A stretch of 64,000 nt of DNA, from the NCBI RefSeq assembly GCF_006345805.1, contig NC_042999.1, forward strand, positions 105,152,001-105,216,000, given 5' to 3'. Below are positions 38,222-52,680 of the stretch, one piece after another. Below the pieces are notes generated by a model. It had not been told where the DNA came from and did no database searches. It worked only from the letters and a program-made list of their open reading frames with translations. Made by a program: the position numbers and the translations under genes. The stretch's first letter is position 1. Every line of letters starts with the position of its first letter. The DNA comes from Octopus sinensis. Lineage: Eukaryota.

Positions 38222-40811
38222 GTAGCTGCCGTTGCTGCCGAAAAGAGACACAGAAAACTTAATGTACTTTTGCAATGGTCATGCTTGAATCGCATTTGAA
38301 CTGGTTTGGTGCTAGTTAATGTAAAAAGGATACAAGAACAATAAGAACATCATATCAGTCTGGAAATTTGAACCATATCTCATAGAATTAAACACTTAAA
38401 AACGAAACATTCTTATTCTTCCCCTAACATATCTATAACGATTTGTGTGGGATCAGCTTATTCTAACAAATGGAGTAGAGTTGTACTATGAGAATGTAAG
38501 TCTAAACCTCCGGTCAGAACTATTTATCAGTGATTGAGAGCCGTATAAATGTTGCACCGACTTATCACCTTCACACGCTATGAAGCTTGCTCGACTCTTT
38601 GAACTGTTTCATCAATTTGTTGCAAAATAGATCATCAGCAGTTTTTCTTGTATCCTACTAGTTCCCTGTATATTAAGTTTCCAGCTTCTCCTTTCGTTAC
38701 CTTTCATAAATATTCATTCGTGAACAACAAATGTTTCAGTAGAGATTTTAACTTATTGACAAGCTTTAACGTAGTGATGATAAGGTTCATTATATTTTGG
38801 GGGAGCATTAATAAATTTATTTAGAGCTTTTGCTTTAAACAAAATACTCCATGTATATTTCAGTTGAGATACATTTTCAGCAGGTTCCAAAGGATTGATC
38901 CAAATGCTGTACAAGATGGATATTTATAAGGTCATTGTATCTTACTCAGCATAGAAGTGACATTACTGCCGAACTGAGAAGCTTCCCTTTGAAGCTGCAT
39001 GTTTCAGGTTACGGAAATACCCCAAAATAGTGCTCTATTATATCCTGCAGAAGCAACTTATGTATCACTATTTTTTCTCGTTTTCTACAGGCAGCCACTT
39101 CTGACTACACTATTAACAAGAGTACGTATATTTGTCTACGGACATTAATACTCCTTGCATTAGCGTAGGCGTGGTTGATTATTTTTAGATACATGTACAC
39201 CTAACGCAATACTTAGAGGTAAAACACATGACATTGACTTTGACAAAGCTGGATCTATGGATGAAAGCATTTCCCCCCAAATCTCGATCTACTTAATTTC
39301 TCTGGCAAGATTTTGAACCGATACGTGAATAGAACAAATAACATTAGCCCAAGATGACCTCGGTGAAATCGAACCGGAATCTGAGAATTGCGAAGCGAGT
39401 TAGCGAAGCATTCAGCCATGGTCGCTTTATATGGTGCACTTATGTATGGTATAGTAGTGCTATTTATAACATATAAGATGCTTTCTAAACCTCGGTGCAA
39501 TATTTTACAAATTGATTTTTTAGCCACCAGTCTGTAATAACAATTTTACGTCGCCATAGTGACATATATATATTGAAAAGTTATCTTAATATTTCCAAGA
39601 ATCTACTTGCTCGTATGTTGTGTAATCTCATCGTTTCTAGTTGTTTTACACTTTCAAAGTGGTCATATGGTCTGGAATTGCAAGGCAAGATACTAACACA
39701 CCACGACTAATCAGATAAAACCATAAGCTACTTTAATAAAATGCACCGGACTACAAAGGAGGTGATTACCAGCCAATTGATAAAAAAGTTCTTTGGTATT
39801 TTGAAAGAATATTTTTGAATCTATATAAAAATATAAAAAAACACCGTTAATCATTTCAAAGCAAGACAAATAAGCAATATCAAATTGCAATAGAACATAT
39901 TGTGTAATACATATTTTAGCTTGTTATGCTCAAAGCCGTATAAATGGATCTATTTATCTATGAATATAAAATATCCCACCCTTTAAGCATTTACATATTG
40001 ATAGAGAAACCACACATACACATATCCATCTATATATTTAAATGTATGTATATGTATTTGTATATATATATATGTATGTGTGTGTGTGCGTGTGTGTATG
40101 CATATATACCCTTATATATATATGCATATGTAAACATATGCATGCATATATACATGTATATGCACACACATATCTACATACATGCATATAGAGATATTTA
40201 TTACAACGACAGACATTTTACCAGACACGCATACGCACGCAAACACACACACACTCAACCACACATGCGTGTGTATATTTAAAATAGGACCGTTTGAAGA
40301 TTCAGTGACAGATTGTTATATCATTTTGCTATGTGATGTATGTTATCAAAGCATATATATAGACCCTAAGCAATTTCATCCTTTAACTAGCAGACTGTCG
40401 AGGATCAACTAGTTAGTAGCAAGGAACTGCTGATCTGGTGCTTTGCATTGCATGCTATTTTTCACCGTAGCAAACTGGGACAGCGAGAAATCAATTGCTT
40501 CGAACCCCAGGTGTTCATTACTGAGACCCTTGGGTTGTGGAGGATAAATCTGTGTTATTAACTCTGAGATCTTGATTTCAATTTGTTCGGGCGTGTTACT
40601 TGCACGCAGAAGACTTACTTTTACAGCCCTACCTCAATTTGTTACCATGCAAGAACGATGATAGCACCCTATCTAATAGATATCTATCTGATACTAAATA
40701 GTATGAAATTTAGAGATCAGCGTTATACTTCTCACATATTTGACTCACACTTTATCTCGGGCTGCAACAAAAACAAAAATAAAATTAAAATCTCCCGTCC
40801 TTGTGCAAGTG

Positions 40812-40918
40812 ATTTTGGCACAAGGCCAATACATGTGGAGAGAAGTCAATTAAATCGACCCCTGTGTTCAACTGGTAATTATTAATTCATAACCAAAGGT
40901 ATGAAAGGGAACTCGACC
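40812..40918 (-). mobile_element. SINE 3' half, inverted relative to the 41.0-41.2 kb copy
   Basis: The reverse complement matches 41112-41218 at 96 of 107 positions by manual alignment. Confidence 0.8.
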
Positions 40919-41021
40919 AAATTTTATCATTGCTTTGCTTTTGTTGTCTTTGTGCATTTTTGTTTTGTATAAATATACGATATATTGATACATTTATTTC
41001 ATTTTCAATATAACAATAAAC

Positions 41022-41230
41022 TAGGGCGGCAAGATGGAAGAACCGTTAGCACGCCGAGCAAAATACTTAGCCACATGTCCATAATTATGTTCTGGGTTCA
41101 AATGCAACTGGGGTCGAGTTCCCTTTCATCCTTTTGGTGATTGATTAATAAGTATCAGTTGAACACTGGAGTCGATTTAATTGACTCCTCTCCACATGTG
41201 TTGGCCTTGTGCCAAAATTTGAAACCAATA
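41022..41230 (+). mobile_element. tRNA-derived SINE (octopus-type), near full length
   Basis: GGCGGCAAGATGGAAGAACCGTTAGCACGCCGAGCAAAATACTTAG...GGTCGAGTTCCCTTTCATCC...GGCCTTGTGCCAAAATTTGAAACC. Confidence 0.8.
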
Positions 41231-42169
41231 AAATAAACAAGAATGTATATTAAGTCACTTTCGGCGAATAATATGTTTATTACCCCCCAAAAATACAAAG
41301 AAAAACCCATTTACAAGTACCCCCAATCAAACATACCTATTGTAAGATAAATCGTCCGTCCTCTACGTGCGATCCTTAAATCATTAACTCAAAATAATTG
41401 AACATAAAATGTTAGAAGACCGATAAAAGTGGCACTTTAGAAATGTACTGAGATTTTGTAATAAATTGTTTAATATTCAGCCGTTGATTTAGCTCAAAAC
41501 TCATTTTCTGTTTTAAACTATGATATCCTTACCCGAATTACGACAAATTTTAAAATGCTGGCATAAAACGTGAGATATGGCTGTTATCTCGTGAAACACC
41601 AACCAAGAACTGATCCCATTTAGCAAGAGTGTTTTCATTTTATGCCTTTCAATCCACATTGTTAACTAATTTTGGAGGAATGTACTTGTATCCATAGAAA
41701 GAAATGTGTGCAAAGTTTTGTGCGATTTTGAGTAAACAAGTCTCTTTTAACGAAATGATTTTTCATAATAATGTATACGTACTTGTTTTGATATCAATGT
41801 TTTAAAACATTCATAGGCTTGTAGTAAATATATTCATGCTATTGAATGTGTGCGTGTGTGTCGAGTACGGGTATCCCAATGCATAAATATATCGTTTTGG
41901 GTGTGTGTGTGAAATACTGTATACTTCTGTATGTGAATGCAGGTACATATATAAATGTTTTGAAATTCATAGTTCCTCTTTATTTTATCAATGTCTGTTA
42001 ATGAATGTTATTAAAATATTTGCAACTATATACACATAGATATAAACGTATGCTTCTTTATGTTTCTGCATGTAACAATAAGCGTTTGTATGCGTGTGTT
42101 AGTTTGTGTGTGCGTGCGTGTGTATCTGTTTGTGTATTTATTTGTGTGTGTCAGTGTGAGTGTGTGGAT

Positions 42170-42204
<35 letters not shown>

Positions 42205-42478
42205 GGCGCACGCGTATTTGCGTGTTTGTGTCAAGACGTGTCACGTCACGAGAGAATCAATAGAAGGAGTGTAATTCGTACACTTGCAAATAAGTGAATA
42301 TATATTTCTATATTTATGCGGAGAATTTATATACAAAGATCGTAAAGATTAAATAATATATCTTAAGAGGAAATTACTTGAACCTCATCTGCCACACCTT
42401 CACATCTCCTATCAACAATGCATGACAGAAATCAATAATACAAAAAAGTTATTTCATCTCTAAAATATGTAGTTATGC

Positions 42479-42479
<1 letters not shown>

Positions 42480-42535
<56 letters not shown>

Positions 42536-42540
42536 TATAA

Positions 42541-42613
<73 letters not shown>

Positions 42614-42720
42614 TATATATTATATATATATATATAAGTATATATATATATATATATATATAAGTATGTATATATATGTATATATATATATATATATAAG
42701 TATATATATATATGTATGTA
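42480..42720. repeat. Long interrupted (TA)n array
   Basis: Directly visible. Confidence 0.95.
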
Positions 42721-44752
42721 TATATATATGTATATATGTATATATATTATACATATGTATATATAATATATATATACATGTTAAAAACATTTATGTATAT
42801 ACATATATGTACATATATATATTTATATATATATATAGAAAGAGAGAGAGAGAGAGATACACACTCAAGCATAGACACACACTAGTACATATATATTTAT
42901 ATTTATATGTATGTATATACAGAGTCAGTTCGAATCAATAATTTAATGGAACTGTTGCAAATTGTCAATGATTATGGTTTTATAAATGTTTATTGCAGCA
43001 AATAACTGAACATATCTTATATTTGTCATTTCTCTTTAAATCTCTCCATCACACGTTCATAGCCTCATTATCACAATTGTTTTTTCTAGATGTATCTCTC
43101 TGTATCTGTATATCTGTATTTGTATCTGAGTATTTTGTCTATCTGTATGTAAGAGTGCGTATTCCGGTTTTTGTGTGTTGTAGGATGATAATCCATAAGA
43201 TTCGTTGTATATTTGGTTATGTGTGTGTATGGAGGAGAATATCTTTATGTCTAGACCGATCTTCTGATAATTCTTTTCCTACTTATCTGATTAAATCTAC
43301 AAGCCAAGCTATTTATCCATCCGTTTCTCGTTAACAACACCAACAAATACAGACGTTCACAACATTAAGAGACATGCATACACACAAGCATAAACATTAC
43401 ACACAAGCATAAACATTACACACACACACACACACATATATATATTTTCTAATATTTTACAGTTCTAAGTTTCTAATCTTTTACAGTTCTAAGTCAGTGG
43501 CATGTAGTCATACAGAGACACTAAACTGTAGAATTCCAATATATGTCGACTGCTACGCTTTTTTTTATTTGTGAATTAGACTGCTCTATAAGTTGCCCTC
43601 ACATCTCGGTATAACATTGATGAATAAACTAATGCTGTACACAGTTCACTGTCTAAGTTGTATTTGAATACACTAACACTTGCTATCATAGAACTCAATT
43701 ATATTTAAACAACATCCCGAGCTATAACAATAACTATTCTGAATTTTGTGGGGGATTGTCAGCATTTGTCAACACGGAGTAGTTTTCATTTCCGTAGTAT
43801 GCATCGTGTAACTTTGGAGTCTCTCACACCGTGTTATTTTATCTATGAACTAAATACAATTTACAATAAAAATGTGCAGCTTTTTTTAATGAAAATAGCA
43901 GCTTCTACACAACAAAAACTTTGAATACCGTTCGCCTGTTTTAGCGTCCCTGACTTTGTTTCTTGTTTTACTCTTCTTTCCCTAGCGTGACCGACGAGCA
44001 TTTTATTATATGTAAGATATGTAATTGTACACTATACTGTACAATTATATACACTCAAACGTACATTTTCCCGTACACATGTTTTGTTCTGATGAAAAAT
44101 GCCCACTTCCCTAGAGCAAAACCTTTCAATACTGTTCTTTTCCTTTAGCGTCTCTGACTGTCACTATCTCCTCTGTTGTTTTCTCGTCTTTCCCTAGCGT
44201 GGCCGACATAAATTTCGGTTCTTCACTCACAAGCAATAGAGATGTAAAAATTGTTACTCTACCCAGTCGCAAAACTGTGGCACAGAGTCCAACCAGCTTC
44301 GTTCTGTAGAATCTGTAGATTGCTTTTCGTTTGGTAGTATGGTTTGCTCTAAGGGAATACCAAAGTAAGAAATAATAATCGAGAAGATTGATAAAGAATG
44401 TCTGAATTAGAGTCAAGTTTACTTGCTATAAATATTTTAAAGATTCATGCAGGACGTATTCGTTATTAAAATAATATGCACACGTAGCGATGCAACATTA
44501 TAATTCGGAGCCATCTTACAGGTTCAGAATCAGCCGTTTTAATCTATCAAGGAGTTGTGTATTTGAATTACGGCTTGTCAGATAATTGGTAGTGAGTTGC
44601 ACAAACATGTATATGAAAGCACAAATACATCCATACACATATATATGTGCCTACATAATACATACACACACATAAACATGTACCTAAATGATACAAACAC
44701 ATACACACACACACACACACATATATATATAATATGAATATTTTCTCACACC

Positions 44753-44800
44753 GTCTCTGATGAAGGGATATCCATAATATCCAAGAAACAGCTGTAGGAC
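44753..44800 (+). ncRNA. Minimal type I hammerhead ribozyme motif in an ORF-less unit
   Basis: GTCT-CTGATGA-AG-GGATAT-CCATA-ATATCC-AA-GAA-ACAGCTGT-A-GGAC. The core is CUGAUGA/GAAA, stem II has 6 bp, stem III is a perfect 8-nt palindrome, the cleavage site is GUA, and stem I is GTCT/GGAC. Confidence 0.7.
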
Positions 44801-44881
44801 TATTTCATTATTAATGTCCCGAAAACTCCTCACAGCCTTAGATTTGTTATCGGAATCTGTCTTTATATATATATATATATA

Positions 44882-44926
<45 letters not shown>

Positions 44927-45073
44927 CACACATATATGTATATGTTTATATATATATATATAGAATGGAAGAAAGCGCTAATGATCTAAGTGATATGATA
45001 TATATATATATATGTAATATATAAATAAATATCTGTAAATATAAACCATCCGATCTTCTGATTCCCTCATTTC

Positions 45074-45130
<57 letters not shown>

Positions 45131-46089
45131 GTGCATACGCACACACACTCACGCTCACACACATATATATACATACATAATTAAGGTTAAAATCATAATA
45201 AAGATTCTATTAAGTAGTCAGCATGAAATAAAAACCATATTGGTAACAATTAATACTAATATATACTAAAGTTATAATTATAACATTGTTGCTGATAAAC
45301 GACATCAACATGCTAGAGATAGATGCTAAATGGACTCTATAATTACAGGGTGAAAGGAAGAAAATGAATAGCGAAAACTTCTTTTTACAATGGGTGAATT
45401 ACACATAGATTTCTAGTTTACAAATATAAAATCCCTCTCCCTCTTCAGTATCATATACCTAGCAGTACATAAATGGAAATATTTTTACATACCCATATGA
45501 ATAATTTATCCACACATATATATGCATATATGCACACCTATATACGAGTCAAATCTAATTTATTCACCCCAACTTCGTGCATTTACGACCAAAATAATAC
45601 CACAGAAAATATAATTTGATCGGAGTAAGTAATATATATTTGTACATAATTAAGGATAAAATCATTATAAAGATTTTATCAACTGGTCATCATAAAATAA
45701 AAACCATATAGCTAACAATTAACATATATAGTTATTATAAAACACCAACATGCTAGAAATAGACACCAAATTGCACTAAAACCATAACTTGTACTCTGTT
45801 AGCACAAGTTGGAAGCGCGAATTTTTTAAATTTTGAATATTTTTGTGAATACGTGTATAGGCACGAATATGAATATTTTCTTTGAGTATATTAATATATA
45901 CGTGTAAATATATATTATTGGTATAGGTATGCATAGATATATACATATATTTACTGTGGAGCATATTATTCTATAGACGGCAAAGGGATTTTATATCTCT
46001 AAGGTAGAAGTCGATCTATAACTAACCAACTTTAAAAAAAAAACGTAAGACTTGTCACATTTCATTATAGAAAAGATACATATTCTTCT

Positions 46090-47050
46090 TTGATGTTGGT
46101 GGATATAGTGAAACATGGTCATAATTCCCATCACTATTGCTAACATAATTCCATCTGTTTGGAGAGTTGTTGATTCCTCAGGGGTACAAGTTTTAGATTT
46201 CGAAGCAAAAACATTCTCAGTAGTATTTTGTATCCCAACGCAATATTTTTTCTTTCATATCAAAATGTTACAATAATATGAAGAGTTTCTATTCAGATGG
46301 ACCGAGATCGGGAGATTAATGAGGATGGAGCAACACTTCCATGTACTAAATAAGAAAATTTCGCGTCATCTGATTTTTTTTCCCTGAATGATATATGTGG
46401 TTTTGCATTATTGTGAAAGAGTAACACCACATTACTAATGACCAGTTGTGGAGGCATTTTTTTCTATAGTTTTGTATGTAATGCTTCCAATTAATAGAAT
46501 AATTTTTCGCATTAAATATTTCCTTTTGGTTTAACACTTCAAATTAAATGACCCTCTTCATGTTACACCCAATGCATGGTGGATTAATTTTCGGATGAAA
46601 TCTTGGTTTGGTTATGGCTCTTCCTTTTTTTAATTGAATGCAAACCCTTGTCATTTTCGTTTGGTATATTTATATAGAGACCACTTTTGTGAGACATATA
46701 ATGATTCTTCGCAGGAAAGTATCAATAGCAAGTCTACTCTTCAATAACGCTTGTTTGAGCGGAGAATGGGGAGAGAAGCACCGACCAAGATTAGACAATT
46801 TTCGCTGTTTATCAAAACATTGTTGAATTAAGTGGATTTCTTATTATAGAGCAGTTCGCTTTGGCCTTTCGCCTTCTACGGTTTCAGAAGCTCAATATTG
46901 ATAGGTAGTGGCCGTTCACAGTGAGGTCAATCTGTAAGTTCAAGTTCCTGAGCAAAACCGTCAAAACCATCGTCTTCATATCCAGACACGTAAACCTTCA
47001 TTTCAAGAAGAAACAAATATACATTGCTGCTTCTATTGCTGAAGATCCCC
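46090..47050 (-). mobile_element. Old mariner transposase fossil
   Basis: Minus translation FLRRII..., KPRFHPK..., EVLNQKEIFNAKNY, EVLLHPH*SPDLGPSE*KLF, ENVFASKSK is a degenerate HPPYSPDLAPSD motif. Confidence 0.75.
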
Positions 47051-47881
47051 TTTTAAATTCATACAACTGGTAATGTCTGATATGTGGAAAGTGTAAAATC
47101 GGTACCCGGTTGACCGGTATATTATAATGTAATCTGAGAAAACCAATAATTAGAATAGAAAGCATAATTTTTATTCCTCAGTAAATATTGAAAAATCTAC
47201 CCTCAAACTGAACATGTCAAAAATGCAAGAGTCTTCTTTCGAGCCTAACACATACACACACACACACACACACACATACACACACGCATACACACACACT
47301 CACACGTGCGTGTGTATTTATGTATGTATGACTCACTAACCTCCCGTATTTACTGGGTGAGGATTTCCTAAATATTTCCCCACCATTATCAATAAGCATC
47401 CCAAATAAAACAATTTGCACATAAATTAGTTCAGAACATGTAAATTTGAAGAATTGCTATGAAAGGATGTCTGAAAAGTAAGGAAATCTAGGTTTTCAGA
47501 ATTTAGCAGCGCTAAAAACATCAACATAGACACTGCAGAACTCAACAATTTAAATGATACGAAATAACTATGCATGCATTTAAAAAAGTTTTCTAAGAAG
47601 TTACGATTTTAATAAATTACACACTAGGACTAACGTATCTAATAAATTTAACGTATTATATCACAGAAAATACGCCCAAACAAACCAGCTTCGTCCAAAA
47701 TAAATACACAAAGCCATAAAAGATAAACTATTAAAAACACTCAATATTTGAAAATAATAATGTCCACATAAATCACTTCATGATATTATGAAGTATTTTA
47801 TCTATTTTATATCTATAGCCATTATCCTTGAAAATTCGCCCATAAAAGGAAGGCAAAGCTGTCTAAATCAGAGAGAGATAG

Positions 47882-47913
<32 letters not shown>

Positions 47914-49760
47914 GGAGAGAGAGAGAGGGAGGGAGATGGAGAGAGAGAACAAAATACTAATTTTCACTACAGACTAAATATGAGGCATCAGAAACTAAAA
48001 AACAGCAATGACATGTGAAAGCATAACATCTTCAGAGCCAGAAAAACGTCGCAAACATGTCAAAACACCAAGGGCCTAAATGACTAAACATGTCAAATAA
48101 CCAAGGGCTTAAATACTACACTCATCAGCAAATGTAGAGAAGCTGGAGTTTTGACAAAATTGTAACAGTTCTGAAGCTCCCATGACCACTAAAACTAATC
48201 CACATAAAGAAATAACACACAGTCCATTATCATTATATGCACACAATGAAAATTTATAGAATTATAAAAAAATTGTAGATTTTATTATTCAAAATAACAA
48301 AACAACATTACACAATTACATTGAAACAAATCACTGCAAAAGATAATCGTTAATTGCAAGATGGCCCACGCCCAAAACAACTTAATAGCTATATAATGGG
48401 TTATGAACGACGTACATGAACCCGAAAATATACGAGAAAACGCAGGGAATTATAAAAGGAAAAACAGTGCACAGTTCAACATAGCAAGTCGTACACCTGA
48501 CACACGTGGTCATATAAATAATGGGGAGGCAAAAAAAAATTCTTTAATGAAGGACCACCTAGAATTCATAGTATGGAGTTCGGCTACAGCATGGAAGTTA
48601 AAACTTGCGTAGAATTGCTCATACCTTCAAAACTATTTCCAAACTCCTAGTAGCCTATACGACAACAACAAGCACTATTATAACAATTTGTGTTCCTGTC
48701 TGAAGCCCGAAAGTCAAGGAAAAATGTGAATGATTATAGAATCCACATTGAAAATTTCACAGACTCGATTCTACTGCAATGAACGCTAGTAACGAAAAAA
48801 TCAAATGAATATTAATCGCTTGCTTTGATCGATTTCAGCTTGATTTTCAGTAATCGACAACATCCACATGTCCAGAAGCAAAGAGACTGGCCATTTGAGA
48901 GAGACAAATATAAATATACTCTTTATACTGTCATGGATTGTATTTTATGCGGAATTATTTTATAACAAGAACATGGCTTTGTATTTTGGATCATCGTTCT
49001 ATTGACCATGTGGATGCCATAGCAGCGATCAAGCAGAGATGCAGCGGGTGTGCTGTAAAGAGAAAAAAAAACAGAACAGCGTAACTCTGTAAATCTAATT
49101 TGATTATACACGCCATATATCTATCCGCTCAACCAAATTTATATAATTTGGGTGGGTTTCACCTCATTCTCAATATATGAATCATTCACAATAGAATCAG
49201 TTAAATACTTTAATGGGATAATGCTGCTTTATTGTTTTTTAAACTGTGGATAAGAATGGTATGGTTGATATTTTCAAAGAAAATAAAAAACTTGAGAATT
49301 CTGAAATCTGAAGACTCAAGATCCATAGATGCTTGTTTTAGAAGAAAAAAATGTTGAAAAGTATTGAGCAAACTATTATACAGAATTCAAGTGCTTCTGA
49401 ATAGAATCGGCAATTATATAATGTATGTTTGCAGCATTAAAAGACCTTGTAGTTATTTATGACGTGCTTTATTTCTAAATTTCTTTCTGTACACATACAC
49501 ACACACATACACGCGCACACATACATACACACATACTCGCGCACACCCGCATACGCACATATACGGGGACACACACACGTGCACATACAAATACGCGAGT
49601 GCGCAAATGTGTACATACATAATGCACGTATGTATGTATATATATATGTATATATATTATATATATATATATTATATATATATATATATAAATATACATG
49701 TATATATATAAATGTATGGATATTTATCTATATATATGTGTGTGTGTGTATGCATGTATA

Positions 49761-49830
<70 letters not shown>

Positions 49831-50762
49831 TATATGCATTCAAACATATGGATATCTGTGTGTACGTGTATTCGTGTATATGTCTGTATGTGTAAGCATG
49901 AATGCGTTGCTTTAAGAATAATTGAAATAAAAGATAAAACACATTCCTAAACTATCTTTGAAATATTTCTGAACTATTAAACTATTAATTCATAAAAAGA
50001 AACACACATGTAATTTATCGCTTTCTTTGCGAAAGGACTTTTGAGAATTTTTGTATTTCTACTTGTTTACAATGATTTTCATTTACTTGCAATAAAAAAG
50101 GAAATAATCTCTCTTCATATTCTGCTACATGTCATTCAGCCTCTCAGTATAGTGTTATTTTATTTGTTAAAATTATATTGTGTTTATTTCTTCATCTCCT
50201 CCATCTACACATCATATTATTGTAGTCTTCATCACCAACATTAACACCACCAACTTCATCATCATTTTAATTGACGCCAATATGTTTTTAACGCTGTCAT
50301 TCATGTTAATGAAGGTGTGTTTACATATTACCTAAACCTGAAGTATATGTTACTATGTCTGTCCATTTAGTTAGTCGTGTAACGGCTGGTGGTTTTGCTT
50401 TTGTAATTATAGTTTGTCTTCCTCCTGCTTATATTAATATCCACAGGAAGATATATGAATTAAAAATAATTATGCAGTTATCCGATAATTATTTACCAAT
50501 TGTGTCCTTGCAAAGAGCAAGTAAAATGCGGAACTCACATTGACTTACATATGTCTAAAAGCAGTTGGTAGTACCTCAGTTTGATAAGAAATATACAATC
50601 CCACAACATGTTTAAATGAACACACCTCTCTTGTTTACTCTCAGAAAAGTACACATTTTAGTTGTGGTTATTTTCTAAAAATCTCAGTTCGCTTCGTAGA
50701 TTTATATTCACCACAAATAATTCCACTTCACTGTGCGTACTGTTACTATATTTAAATTGCCA

Positions 50763-50985
<223 letters not shown>

Positions 50986-51689
50986 ACCTACCAACCAACC
51001 TACCTACCTATTGATGTGTACCTATACAGTTATGTATGTACATGTTAAGCCTACGTGTACAACTACGAGTTACACGCCAGCGTAGATTACCCTGATCCTT
51101 GGTGTGTACATGCGTGCCAGCTTAGATGATGGTTTAGTTTTCTTTGGTAAAATACGAGTGACTATTTTTGAAAGAAATATTTTATCTGCGTAAGCCATTG
51201 AGGTGTTGTTGTTAATCCGCCTTTTAAAAGTTCTTTAGCTTTTCAGTAGGCGTTTTTGTAAAATGTTTTCCTTGTATGACGTCTATTAATATTTGGTCAA
51301 TTGTTAAGATTAAAAAACTCGAAAGACAGTTGAATTACATATGTAGAAAAAAAAAAAGAAATAGGGAAACTAATACTAAATTATAAGATATGTAAATATG
51401 TATAAATATTAATTCCTTACAAATGTCTAAATTAGAACAATGAACAAATAAACAACATTTTAAATTCAAATCCGAACATGTATTTTATTATTATATGTAT
51501 ATTGTTTAAATATTATCAAATACCTATTACTAAAAAAAGACACTAATAAAAAAGCTAAATTTTACATCCCTACACTTTAAAGATCATTTTGTCCTGCCGC
51601 TATTAGGATTGCTTTTATATATATATATAAAAAAATTTTTCCTTAGTTATATATATATATATATATATATATACAATTATGCTAACAGC

Positions 51690-52680
51690 CTTACAAGTAT
51701 GGATAGATTTCAGAAAAAAACGTAAGTTAGATACAGATGAAGAGACGCAGGGTCTGAGGCAGTCTTTTGAAGGTGCAGCCACTGCCAGTGATGCTGCCTC
51801 GTCGAAATTACCGAAATTGACCTGCAACTAAAAGTTCGTCAATATTGTGAAAAACTACATAGCTGTGGGATTTACTTGGACTGGAAACCCATACTGCCCT
51901 TCACATTTGCGTACTGTTTGTACTCGTTGCTCACGGATGATCAAAAGCCGTCACAACTAAATGCGTGTCGTCAACAGTTGGAAGTTGATCGGGAACTTAT
52001 TTCGAAGGTCGTCACGAGTGATGAAAGCTGCTGCTACAGCTACGACTCGGTAACGAAGCAGCAATCAAGTCAATGGAAGCATTCAATGACACCACGTCGC
52101 AAAAACCGCGTCAAGTGAAGTCCAGTGTCAAGACGATGCTCTTTTGTTTCATCGATGCGAAAGGGATTGTCTATAAAAAATTTGTTCCTTCTTGTCCGAC
52201 TGTTCACCAGGTATTTTACTTGGCAGTTCTGAAGCATTTACGAGATGCGGCGAGACGAAAACACCCCGACGTGTGACAAAATGGAGAGTGATTGTTTCAT
52301 CACAACAATGCGCCTGCGTATACCGCTTTGTGTATGAGGCAGTTTTGGACAAGAAATAACATGACTCCGCTTACCCACCCTCATTATTTATGCGATCTTG
52401 CTCCCTGTGACTTTTTGACTTTTTTGCTCTCCAGAATGAGAAAAGTCGTTAAAGGAAATCGTTTTGCAGATATGGGAGAGGTGAAGAATAAATCGATGAA
52501 GGAGTTAAATGTCATCATTTCACAAGAGGTCTTGCACAGCATTGAACAGTGGAAAACACTTCTGGACCGATGCATTGCTTCAACTTTTCAATTTTTTGAA
52601 GGCGGTAAAAGTATAAACAAGCAAAACTAAGTGAATAAAATAATAATGCAAAATACCGGGTTCTTTTGCATACCCTCTAT
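51690..52680 (+). mobile_element. Mariner (DD34D-type) transposon fossil
   Basis: KVVTSDESCCYSYDSVTKQQSSQW, VKSSVKTMLFCFIDAKGIV, LFHHNNAPAYTA, HPHYLCDLAPCDF, KGNRFAD, QWKTLLDRCIAS. The 3' end is TIR-like (CATACCCTCTA). Confidence 0.9.

Noticed and set aside
38600-38645. Minus-strand CTGATGA...GAAAC hammerhead-like motif
   Set aside because: Stem I is absent and stem III is mismatched.
41285-41770. Possible non-autonomous DNA transposon
   Set aside because: The sequence looks repeat-like, but I could not find terminal inverted repeats or a TSD.
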